Assembly: GCA_903861945.1 (NCBI GenBank)
Contig: CAIOWM010000156.1
Location: 1 to 27,197 of the forward strand
From: an uncultured Archangium sp.
Lineage (GTDB): Bacteria > Myxococcota > Myxococcia > Myxococcales > Myxococcaceae
Reading direction: 5' to 3'
DNA: 27,197 nt
Made by a program: the position numbers and the translations under genes. The notes beneath the pieces were generated by a model. The model saw only the letters and a program-made list of their open reading frames with translations, did not search any database and was not told where the DNA came from. Shown here piece after piece: positions 1 through 7,512 of this stretch; the first letter of the stretch is position 1, and every line of letters begins with the position of its first letter.

Positions 1-2
1 CG

Positions 3-1001
3 AAGGCGCCGGCCGGGCGCAACGAGGCCGAGCTCTTCGCGGCGGTGCTGGCCTCGCCCGCGGACGACGCGCCCAGGCTCGTGCTGGCCGACCACTACAC
101 CGAGCGGGGCGACGTGCGCGGCGAGTTCATCTCGCTGCAGGTCCAGAACGCCCGCGGCGCGACGCCGAAGAACCTCAAGAAGGAAGCGCAGCTGCTCAAG
201 CAGCACCTGGTGACGCTGCTGGGTCCACTGGAGCCGGTGGTGGACCGCGGCACCGCCCGCTTCGCGCGCGGCTTCCTCCAGCACGCCCGGGTGAAGTTCA
301 AGACCGCGGCGCAGCGCAAGGAACTGCTCCACCACCCGCTGCTCTCCACCCTCGAGTCCATCGACACGCGCGAGTTCGAGCTGATCAGGAGCGACACCCT
401 GCCCGGGCTCCGCACGGTCTGTGGGCTGTCGTGGAAGAAGCTGGTCGAGCTCGCGCACGGCGACCCGGTGCCGAAGCTGCGCCGCGTGGAAGTCGAGCTC
501 ACCACCAACGATCCCGGCGACGTCGTCCTGCAGCACCTGGCCGGGCTGCCTTCCCTGGCGGAGGCGCACTTCGAGCTCTTCGGCGAAGGTGGGGCGTACA
601 GCCCTGAAGCCTGGACGTGGCTGCTCGACAGCCCGCTGCGCCGGGTGAAGCTCGAGATCCGCACGGAGCTCTCGCGCGGCCGGCTTGCCCCGACGCTCGA
701 GGCGATGGACCGCCGTCCCGAGGCGAACGACGTGGTGCTGCTGATCCCGCTCGCGCAATCGCATGTCGGCCAGCCCGAATACGCGGCGCACGTCACGCGC
801 ACCAAGGACGGCTACCACGTGGTGCTCCGCTCGCCGGAACACTCCCTCTACCTGCACAAGACCGTGTTCGAGAACCTCAACCGGCGCGACGTGAGCGTCG
901 AGATGCACCCACCCGCGCAGCAGACGGACACGCAGTTCCGCGACGCGGTGGCGTTGCTGCGCCGGGCCACCGGAGATCGCGTCACCGTGATGGCGGGGTA
1001 G
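3..1001 (+). CDS. TIGR02996 'repeat-companion' domain protein with a C-terminal LRR-like region. The reading frame is open to the window start, so the gene is probably 5'-partial; the first in-window start codon is GTG at 45.
   Basis: The translation contains AELFAAVLASPADDAPRLVLADHYTERGDVRGEFISLQ, which matches the hallmark N-terminal motif of TIGR02996 (consensus ...DDAPRLVYADWLEE.GDPRGEFIRLQ). Loosely repetitive Leu-rich segments follow. GC3 is high and the frame has no stop upstream of 45 within the window. Confidence 0.6.
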   Translation, partial: KAPAGRNEAELFAAVLASPADDAPRLVLADHYTERGDVRGEFISLQVQNARGATPKNLKKEAQLLKQHLVTLLGPLEPVVDRGTARFARGFLQHARVKFKTAAQRKELLHHPLLSTLESIDTREFELIRSDTLPGLRTVCGLSWKKLVELAHGDPVPKLRRVEVELTTNDPGDVVLQHLAGLPSLAEAHFELFGEGGAYSPEAWTWLLDSPLRRVKLEIRTELSRGRLAPTLEAMDRRPEANDVVLLIPLAQSHVGQPEYAAHVTRTKDGYHVVLRSPEHSLYLHKTVFENLNRRDVSVEMHPPAQQTDTQFRDAVALLRRATGDRVTVMAG

Positions 1002-1022
1002 CGGCCGAATGGGGGCTTTGGT

Positions 1023-1898
1023 TTGCCCGGAGATCCGACGGTGCTACGGACGCCTCATGAATCGATCGCCGTGGCTCTGAACCCGCTCGACCCACCCCGC
1101 GATCTTCTCGACTTCGACGAGCTCACCGCCGTCGAGCGCTGGCAGATCGAGTTCGTGCGCCGGACCTTTGCGTCGGCGCCCGTCGACCGGGTCATCCGCG
1201 TGCTGCAGCGGCGCCTCTCGGCCAACTGGATCGACCTCTCGACGCGCAACCTGCTCCACGTGCACGGCGTCGACCGGCTCCCCGCGTTCGGTCGCGACAC
1301 GAGCACCATCCTCGTCTCGAACCACCGCAGCTTCTTCGACCTCTTCGTCGTCTCGTCGGTGATCGTGAAGCGGGGCCTCGAGCAGCGCCTCATGTTCCCG
1401 GTGCGCTCGCAGTTCTTCTACGACTCGCCGCTGGGCCTCGCGGTGAACGGGGCGATGAGCTTCTTCGCCATGTACCCGCCGCTCTTTCGCGATCGCGACA
1501 AGACCGCGCTCAACCGCGCCAGCGTCGACGAGCTCGTCCGCCTGCTCCGCGCGGGTGGCGCGCTCGTCGGGCTCCACCCCGAGGGCACGCGGAACAAGGA
1601 CAAGGACCCCTACGCGCTCCTCCCGGCCCGCCCGGGCGTGGGCCGCATCATCCAGGCCACGCGAGGCCGCGCCGTCGTCATCCCCGTCTTCGTCAATGGC
1701 CTCGGCAACGACTTCGTTCGCCAGGTCGCGGGCAACTACTCGAAGCGCGGCGACCCCATCACGGTGGTGTTCGGGGCTCCGCTCGACTTCGACGGCGTGG
1801 CCGACGGCCCGGATGCCGACCAGCGGATCTCGGACCACGCGCTCGAAGCCGTGCGCGCGCTGGGCGAGGAAGAGCGCGTGCTGCGCGCGAAGCTGTAG
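1023..1898 (+). CDS. 1-acyl-sn-glycerol-3-phosphate (lysophospholipid) acyltransferase, PlsC/LPLAT family
   Basis: Acyltransferase block I, H-x4-D, is present as VSNHRSFFDLF. Block III is present as LHPEGTRNKD, and FPVRSQFFYDSPLG fits block II. The N-terminal 8 codons are uncertain: the true start may be an in-frame GTG near 1063. Confidence 0.75.
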   Translation: MPGDPTVLRTPHESIAVALNPLDPPRDLLDFDELTAVERWQIEFVRRTFASAPVDRVIRVLQRRLSANWIDLSTRNLLHVHGVDRLPAFGRDTSTILVSNHRSFFDLFVVSSVIVKRGLEQRLMFPVRSQFFYDSPLGLAVNGAMSFFAMYPPLFRDRDKTALNRASVDELVRLLRAGGALVGLHPEGTRNKDKDPYALLPARPGVGRIIQATRGRAVVIPVFVNGLGNDFVRQVAGNYSKRGDPITVVFGAPLDFDGVADGPDADQRISDHALEAVRALGEEERVLRAKL

Positions 1899-1964
1899 CG
1901 TCGTCGAAGCGCTCGCCTTGCGGCAGCGGCGGCGCCCCCGTAGCTTGCCGACGGAGTCCCTCGC

Positions 1965-2165
1965 ATGCCCCGCTCAGCCTTCGTCCTCATCGCGCTCGTC
2001 ATGGTCGGCTACTCGGTGCGCGGCGTGCTGCGCGGCCAGATCCAGGCCCGCCAACTCTTCGTCCGGAGCGATCAACCGTTCGGATTCTGGCTCCACGTCC
2101 TCACCTTTGGCACCTGCGGCCTGTTCCTCATCTACCTGGCGATCAGGAGTCCCACGTCACCCTGA
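1965..2165 (+). CDS. Small hypothetical membrane protein with two predicted TM helices, 66 aa
   Basis: It has a clean ATG with GGAG 13 nt upstream. GC3 is high. There are two hydrophobic stretches, FVLIALVMVGYSV and FWLHVLTFGTCGLFLIYLAI. Confidence 0.45.
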   Translation: MPRSAFVLIALVMVGYSVRGVLRGQIQARQLFVRSDQPFGFWLHVLTFGTCGLFLIYLAIRSPTSP

Positions 2166-2206
2166 GCCCTGGCGGCGCGCTGCCAGGACGTCATGAGCGC
2201 CACCAC

Positions 2207-2668
2207 TCAACGCAGGCTGCTGATCACCGAGCGCCACAGCGCTTCGGAGGCGGGTCGCGTCGGCGCGCGCAGCTCCATCCACACCAGCCCGCGCGGGCCG
2301 TGAAAGAAGCCAAACCAGAGCGTCGTCGCAGCGTCCCCCTTCGGGTGCGCGCTGGCGAAGAAGCCATCGAACGGTCCGAAGCGCGCGGGGCCTGAAGCGA
2401 GCACCTCGGCCTTCGCCACCTCGTAGAACGCTCGCGCCCCGGCCTCACTGAAGGGCACGTCAGCGAGGGTGTCGTAGAACGACAGTGACGCGTCAGCCGG
2501 CCCGCTCGCAAAGACGAAGCCGGCGCCGCGAATCGAGCCGCCACGCCAATCACCGGGCAGCGTCACGTGCAGCGCGTAGGCGTCGAGCGCCTGCTCGCGA
2601 AAGGGTGGATCGGGTCGCTTCGAGCACCCCACACCCATCATCAGCATCAGGACCACCGCCGCGCGCAC
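2207..2668 (-). CDS. Hypothetical lipoprotein, 153 aa
   Basis: The protein has a GTG start and the N-terminus MRAAVVLMLMMGVGCSK, which is a signal peptide plus lipobox (G-V-G-C). It lies divergent from the downstream Cys-rich gene. The overlapping ORF 2224..2553 is Arg-rich and looks like a shadow. Confidence 0.5.
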   Translation of the reverse strand: MRAAVVLMLMMGVGCSKRPDPPFREQALDAYALHVTLPGDWRGGSIRGAGFVFASGPADASLSFYDTLADVPFSEAGARAFYEVAKAEVLASGPARFGPFDGFFASAHPKGDAATTLWFGFFHGPRGLVWMELRAPTRPASEALWRSVISSLR

Positions 2669-2806
2669 GAGGGGAACTTGCTCTGCTCATGGGTCGATCG
2701 CAAACGGTCCGAGGCGCCGCGGTTTCGAAGGGCACTTCCACCTCAAAGTTCGCGCGTACCCGCATCGCGTGGCTCTGAGCGCAGCGCGCCGTGCCAACAT
2801 GCGGTG

Positions 2807-4579
2807 ATGAATCCGACGCACGCCGTCCTGCTGTTCGCCCTGTGGTCCAGTACCGTCTTTGCTGTCCTGCTGCCCGACGGCTCGAGCTGTGCCCAGGGCA
2901 CCGCCTGTCAGAGCGGCGCGTGCGTCGACGGCGTGTGCTGCAACACCGTGTGCGGCGCAAATCCCGCGACCGCGAGCACCGGCAACGCGCCCAGCGGCGC
3001 ATGTCAGGCCTGCAGTGTCGCCCGGGGCGCAGCGTCCAACGGGACTTGCGCGGCCATGACGGGCACGGCCTGCAACGACGGCAACGCCTGTACGCAGACC
3101 GATACCTGCCAGGCGGGCACCTGCACCAGCGCGATCCCGGTGACCTGCACCGCGCTGGACCAGTGCCATGCCTCGGGCACCTGCAACCCCGCGACCGGCG
3201 CGTGCTCGAACCCGTTGAAGCCCAACGGCACCACTTGCAACGACAGCAACGCCTGTACACAGACCGATACCTGCCAGGCGGGCACGTGCGCCAGCGGGAA
3301 CACGGTGACCTGCACGGCGCTGGACCAGTGCCATGCCTCGGGCACGTGCAACCCCGCGACCGGCGTGTGCACGAACCCGTCGCAGGCCGACGGCACCGCC
3401 TGCAACGACGGCAACGCCTGCTCGCAGACCGATGCCTGCCAGGCGGGCTCGTGCACCGGCGCGAACCCGGTGACCTGCGCGGCGCTGGACCAGTGCCATG
3501 CCGCGGGCACCTGCAACCCCGCCCTCGGCGTGTGCTCGAACCCGTCGAAGGCCGACGGGACGGCGTGCACCGACAGCAGCGTGTGCACCAGCAACGACGT
3601 GTGCGTCAGCGGCGCGTGTACCGGCGCGGCGACGACCTGCCGCGCCGCCGAGGCGTGCGAAGTAGCCATCGCCTGCGATGCGCAACAGGGCTGCACTTTC
3701 CAGTTCCAGCCTTCGACCGTGTCGTGTCGGGCGGCGTCGTGCGTCGGCGGGCAAGCCCTCGCCGCGATGAACTGCTCAGGCTCGAGCGCGCTGTGCCCCG
3801 CGGGGGCGCCGCTCGACTGTGGCCTCTTCACCTGCGCGTCAGGCGCGTGCCTCACCACCTGCACCGACGACCTGCAGTGCGCGAGCGGCGCGCGGTGCAG
3901 CGCGGGCACCTGCCTGGCGCAGCCGGGGCTCGGAATGTCGTGCACCACGTCGACCGGCTGCCTCGGCGGCCTCCCGTGCGTCGATGGCGTGTGCTGCGGT
4001 GAGGCGTGCGATGGGCAGTGCGCCGCATGCAACGTCGCGGGTCGACTCGGGCAGTGCACGGCCGTCACCGGCGCGCCCGGGGGTTCGCGCGCGGCGTGCG
4101 GTGGCACCGGCGCCTGCGCAGGGGCGTGCGACGGCATGAGCCTCACCGCCTGCGCCTTCCCCGGCGCGTCGATCGAGTGCGCCGGAGCGTCGTGTGACGG
4201 GGGCACCGCCACCGCCGCGTCGACCTGCAACGGCACGGGCCAGTGCAGCGCCGGCGCGACCACCACGTGCGCGCCCTTCACCTGCGGCGGCGCGACCTGC
4301 ACCATGAACTGCACCAGCGACACCGATTGTCAGAGCCCGTTGGTGTGCCGCGCCAGCGCGTGTGTCACGGCCCCGGTCGATGCAGGGGTCGGCGCGGAGA
4401 TCGATGATGCGGGCGTCCTCGTGGCGGACGGCGGCGCAGTTGGAGCGGGAGCGGACGGTGGCGACGACGGCCCGGGCCCGCAGGCGTCGTGCGGTTGCAC
4501 CGGCGGAGATGGCGTCTCGATGCTGGGCCTGCTGGCGGTCGGGTTGCTGCGGGCGCGGCGACGTTCCACGCGGAGCTGA
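2807..4579 (+). CDS. Secreted Cys-rich tandem-repeat protein with a C-terminal MYXO-CTERM sorting signal, 590 aa. The listed ORF 2567..4579 is trimmed to the ATG that lies in front of a signal peptide.
   Basis: The N-terminus MNPTHAVLLFALWSSTVFAVLLP is a signal peptide. About 3.5 copies of a 55-aa unit follow, of the form CNDGNACTQTDTCQAGTC...VTCTALDQCHASGTCNP.TG.C.NP. Further C-rich modules follow. The tail SCGCTGGDGVSMLGLLAVGLLRARRR (about nt 4487..4576) is a classic MYXO-CTERM (TIGR03901-like): GC-motif, then a hydrophobic helix, then Arg residues. Confidence 0.75.
   Translation: MNPTHAVLLFALWSSTVFAVLLPDGSSCAQGTACQSGACVDGVCCNTVCGANPATASTGNAPSGACQACSVARGAASNGTCAAMTGTACNDGNACTQTDTCQAGTCTSAIPVTCTALDQCHASGTCNPATGACSNPLKPNGTTCNDSNACTQTDTCQAGTCASGNTVTCTALDQCHASGTCNPATGVCTNPSQADGTACNDGNACSQTDACQAGSCTGANPVTCAALDQCHAAGTCNPALGVCSNPSKADGTACTDSSVCTSNDVCVSGACTGAATTCRAAEACEVAIACDAQQGCTFQFQPSTVSCRAASCVGGQALAAMNCSGSSALCPAGAPLDCGLFTCASGACLTTCTDDLQCASGARCSAGTCLAQPGLGMSCTTSTGCLGGLPCVDGVCCGEACDGQCAACNVAGRLGQCTAVTGAPGGSRAACGGTGACAGACDGMSLTACAFPGASIECAGASCDGGTATAASTCNGTGQCSAGATTTCAPFTCGGATCTMNCTSDTDCQSPLVCRASACVTAPVDAGVGAEIDDAGVLVADGGAVGAGADGGDDGPGPQASCGCTGGDGVSMLGLLAVGLLRARRRSTRS
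3062..3600 (+). repeat. Intragenic tandem DNA repeat: 165-nt period, about 3.3 copies, about 90% identical
   Basis: The string tgcaacgac(g/a)gcaacgcctg...cagaccgat(a/g)cctgccaggcgggc recurs at 3071, 3236 and 3401 with an exact 165-nt spacing. A degenerate fourth copy lies near 3566. Confidence 0.8.
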
Positions 4580-4727
4580 CGCAGCCCAGGCGGGAGCGCC
4601 GCTCCTTCAATACGAAGGGGCGGCCCCTCGTTGCCAGCGTGCAACCTGTGGATTCACCGGAAGGAACGGAGCGGCCCGGGCGATGCACACAGGGCGCCCG
4701 CTGTACCCACACCCCACGGAGAATCCC

Positions 4728-4955
4728 ATGCTCAACATCGAAACCATCAAGCCCGACATGCCCGTCGTCTGTTCCAACAATGGCCAGTTCGCCGTCGTCG
4801 ACCACATGGAGGGGAAGGACAGCATCAAGCTCAAGAAGGACGACGCCGGAAAGCACCACTTCATCCCGGTGAGCTGGGTGAAGAGCGTCGACGGCAAGGT
4901 GCACGTCGATCGTCCGGGTGCGCAGGCGATGAAGGAATGGCGCACCGAGGCCTGA
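4728..4955 (+). CDS. DUF2171 (PRC-barrel-like) domain protein, 75 aa
   Basis: MLNIETIKPDMPVVCSNNGQFAVVDHMEGKDSIKLKKDDAGKHHFIPVSWVKSVDGKVHV matches the DUF2171 pattern (M.V.GSDG..VG.VD..EG..IKL.K.D..G..HHFIP..WV). GGAGA lies 8 to 12 nt upstream of the ATG. This ATG is in frame with the listed ORF 4362..4955. Confidence 0.7.
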   Translation: MLNIETIKPDMPVVCSNNGQFAVVDHMEGKDSIKLKKDDAGKHHFIPVSWVKSVDGKVHVDRPGAQAMKEWRTEA

Positions 4956-5261
4956 ATTCCCAACCGTCGTGACGCTGCTGCGCGGCCCGCCATCCCCGGG
5001 GGCTGCGCTCCAGCGCTTCTTCCTCCAGCCCTCGGGCTTCAGGTCCTGGTCGTCGGTGAAGGTCTCGAGCACCTCCAGCTTCGCGAGCGGCTTCGCCGAG
5101 GCCGGCAGTCGCGAGTTCATCTGCACCGTGAGGCGCAGAGCGGCGGCTCTCGAGAGATCACCGGGGCGTACCATCTCGAGTCGCCCGCTCGAGGCCAGCC
5201 GCATCGAGGCCGCGACCAGCGCCACCTCGACCCCCGACTCACGCGCGCATAGAACCCGCCG

Positions 5262-5852
5262 ATGCGCTCGCTCGTTTCGGCCCTGACGCTGGTGGTGCTC
5301 TCGGTGCTGCTGCTCGCCCGGTCCAGCGGGGCTCGTCCCGCCTACAAGTCGCAGACCTACGAGTTGAAGCCCGTCATCGGGGCCCTCGAGACGAACCCCG
5401 CGGCGAGGCACCTCCTGGCCGCGGCACGTTGGCACGCGGAGGTGCTCCAGCAGGACTCGATCACGGCCTTCGCCCTCTCTTCGAATCCGGAGGCGGTCGC
5501 GGTCGCGGCGCTGGGGGCGTCGGTGGCGTCGCTCGCGGCCAGGTCCTGCGGCGCACCCACGCCGGGGGAGCTCAAGGCCGCCGGCGCGCTGCTCACCGAG
5601 TTCGGGGAACAACTCCCGGTGCCGCTCCGGGCCTACACCCTGGGACACCAGGGACAGCCCAGGGCGGCCGCCGACCTCCTCGCGACCTGGGTGGAGTCGC
5701 ACGCGAACGACTGTGACTCCAGGACCGCGCGGGAGCTGTCCTTCGCCGTCACCTGCATCGAGAAGTTCACGCCGACGCGCGACGTGACCAGCCTCAAGGC
5801 ATCGGCCCGGCGCGTGGAGCAATGCGAGGAGCGACACCCTCGGATGGGCTGA
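5262..5852 (+). CDS. Hypothetical secreted protein, 196 aa
   Basis: The N-terminus is MRSLVSALTLVVLSVLLLARSSGARP, a signal peptide. GC3 is high. I recognise no domain. The antisense ORF 4365..5837 is RRDRDR-rich junk. Confidence 0.5.
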   Translation: MRSLVSALTLVVLSVLLLARSSGARPAYKSQTYELKPVIGALETNPAARHLLAAARWHAEVLQQDSITAFALSSNPEAVAVAALGASVASLAARSCGAPTPGELKAAGALLTEFGEQLPVPLRAYTLGHQGQPRAAADLLATWVESHANDCDSRTARELSFAVTCIEKFTPTRDVTSLKASARRVEQCEERHPRMG

Positions 5853-5919
5853 ACGGACAGAGCCGATTCACCGGGGTCCGACACGCAGGGGGCTGCATCG
5901 CGGGAGGGCTCGTGGATAG

Positions 5920-6411
5920 ATGACGGGCATGAGCGGGAGCCGGGGCACCATCGCCATCGTCACCCTTGGGCTGGCCTCCTGCGCCTCCAGCCCCGAGCGC
6001 GCCTGCGAGCGCCTGACCGTCGGCGAGCAGGGCGTGGCGCGGGCCGACTACCTGCCCTGCGCGGCCGCGATGGTCGAAGCGATGAACACGCTGGACCGCC
6101 TGGGCGAGACCCTCGCGAAGGGCCGTGATGCGGCCACCGAGCAGGACGCGAACCGCGAACTCTTGCGCCTGCAGCGGATGGTGAAGGCCGTCGGCGGCGT
6201 GAAGGGACTTCAGCAGGAGTGGGGCGACGGCGTGGTGTCGCAGTTCAACCGCGCCACGGCCGACGCGCTCGGCATGTACGCCGTGGCGTTCTACGGCGTC
6301 GGCGTTCCCTTCAACCCGATACCCGGGATCTCCGCACACAACGTGCAGATGGCGAGAGAAGCCGCGGACCCCGCGCGTGCTGCGTACGAGCAAATTCGCC
6401 AGGACAGGTAG
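5920..6411 (+). CDS. Hypothetical lipoprotein, 163 aa
   Basis: The N-terminus IAIVTLGLASCASS carries a lipobox (L-A-S-C). GGAGGG lies upstream and GC3 is high. The antisense ORF 5794..6393 is rejected as a shadow. Confidence 0.55.
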   Translation: MTGMSGSRGTIAIVTLGLASCASSPERACERLTVGEQGVARADYLPCAAAMVEAMNTLDRLGETLAKGRDAATEQDANRELLRLQRMVKAVGGVKGLQQEWGDGVVSQFNRATADALGMYAVAFYGVGVPFNPIPGISAHNVQMAREAADPARAAYEQIRQDR

Positions 6412-6585
6412 TCAGCGACGGACATCCGAATTCGCACCTCGCGCCACCCAGCCTCGAGACGGGCGAGGTCGGTCTTCTGTGCTGGTGCGGTTCAGCGTTC
6501 TTCGGGGGCGCCGTGCTCAACGAACTCGCGCGCACCTCGCCGGGGGCGCAGCATCAGCGCGCTGGCCCACCGAAGGGGGAAAGTC

Positions 6586-7413
6586 ATGTCGCTCCACCGC
6601 TCCTGCCTCGTTCTCTGCCTGGGACTCGCCGCCTCCGCCTTCGCCAAGGGTGACAAGCCCGGCTGCACCGATCACCCGCTCTTTCCCACGCGCATGCCGG
6701 GCTACGAGCTGACGGGCTGCACCACCTCGGAGTTCGACGGCTACGACTTCTTCGTGGCGAAGGGCCCGAAGCACCGAGAGGAGGGGAAGTTCTTCTACCT
6801 CCTGTATTCGATCCCCGACCGCAAGCAGGAGCAGAGCGGCGTGGCGGTGGTGCGCAACTACGAGAACGCCCTGCAGAAGGTCGGCGGCCACATCGAGGCG
6901 AGCGATCCCCAGCGCTGGGTGAACGGGAAGCTCACCGTCGATGGCAAGGAGGTCTGGGCCCAGGCCGAGAAGGGCAACGGCGTCATCTGGCTGCGCATCA
7001 TCGAGAAGGGCGCCATGGCGCAGCACATCGTCGCGGACGCGGCCACCTTCGCGACGGGCCTCGAGGCGACCGGGCACGTGGCCGTCGAGGGCATTTCCTT
7101 CGACACCGGGAAGTCCGTACTCAAGCCCGAGTCCACGCCCGCCCTGGAGCAGGTGGCCAGGCTGCTCGAGGCCGACGCGAGCCTCAAGCTGTGGGTGGTC
7201 GGTCACACCGACGCGGTGGGCAAGGTCGACGACAACCTGAGGCTCTCGCAGGCGCGCGCGGAGGCGGTGGTGACGGCGCTGAGCACCACGCACGGCATCG
7301 CCGCGACGCGGCTCAAGGGCTACGGCGTGGGACCGCTGACGCCGGTGGCCAGCAACGACGCCGAAGAAGGCCGCGCGAAGAACCGGCGCGTCGAGTTGGT
7401 GAAGCAGCCGTGA
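6586..7413 (+). CDS. OmpA-family protein with a C-terminal OmpA/MotB peptidoglycan-binding domain, 275 aa
   Basis: The N-terminus is MSLHRSCLVLCLGLAASAFA, a signal peptide. The C-terminal region ISFDTGKSVLKPES...LWVVGHTDAVGKVDDNLRLSQARAEAV...LKGYGVGPLTPVASNDAEEGRAKNRRVELV is the canonical OmpA_C signature (TD..G....N..LS..RA..V, NRRVE). GGGGGA lies upstream of the ATG. Confidence 0.85.
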   Translation: MSLHRSCLVLCLGLAASAFAKGDKPGCTDHPLFPTRMPGYELTGCTTSEFDGYDFFVAKGPKHREEGKFFYLLYSIPDRKQEQSGVAVVRNYENALQKVGGHIEASDPQRWVNGKLTVDGKEVWAQAEKGNGVIWLRIIEKGAMAQHIVADAATFATGLEATGHVAVEGISFDTGKSVLKPESTPALEQVARLLEADASLKLWVVGHTDAVGKVDDNLRLSQARAEAVVTALSTTHGIAATRLKGYGVGPLTPVASNDAEEGRAKNRRVELVKQP

Positions 7414-7512
7414 ACTCCTGGGGTGCGCCGAAGACGGCGATCGCTTACGCCCCTGCTTCTCCCCGGTTGCCCCAGTCACGCAGGGCCCCGGGTGACGCCA
7501 AAGAGGGCATCC

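Noticed and set aside
4960-5170. Possible small minus-strand gene (MVRPGDLSRAAALRLTVQMNSRLPASAKPLAKLEVLETFTDDQDLKPEGWRKKRW) in the gap after the DUF2171 gene
   Set aside because: The frame has high GC3 and looks protein-like. But it runs on without a stop through the antisense of the DUF2171 gene to 4365, and it has no recognisable start context or domain. I cannot distinguish it from a shadow frame by eye. It would be worth a proteomics or ribosome-profiling look.
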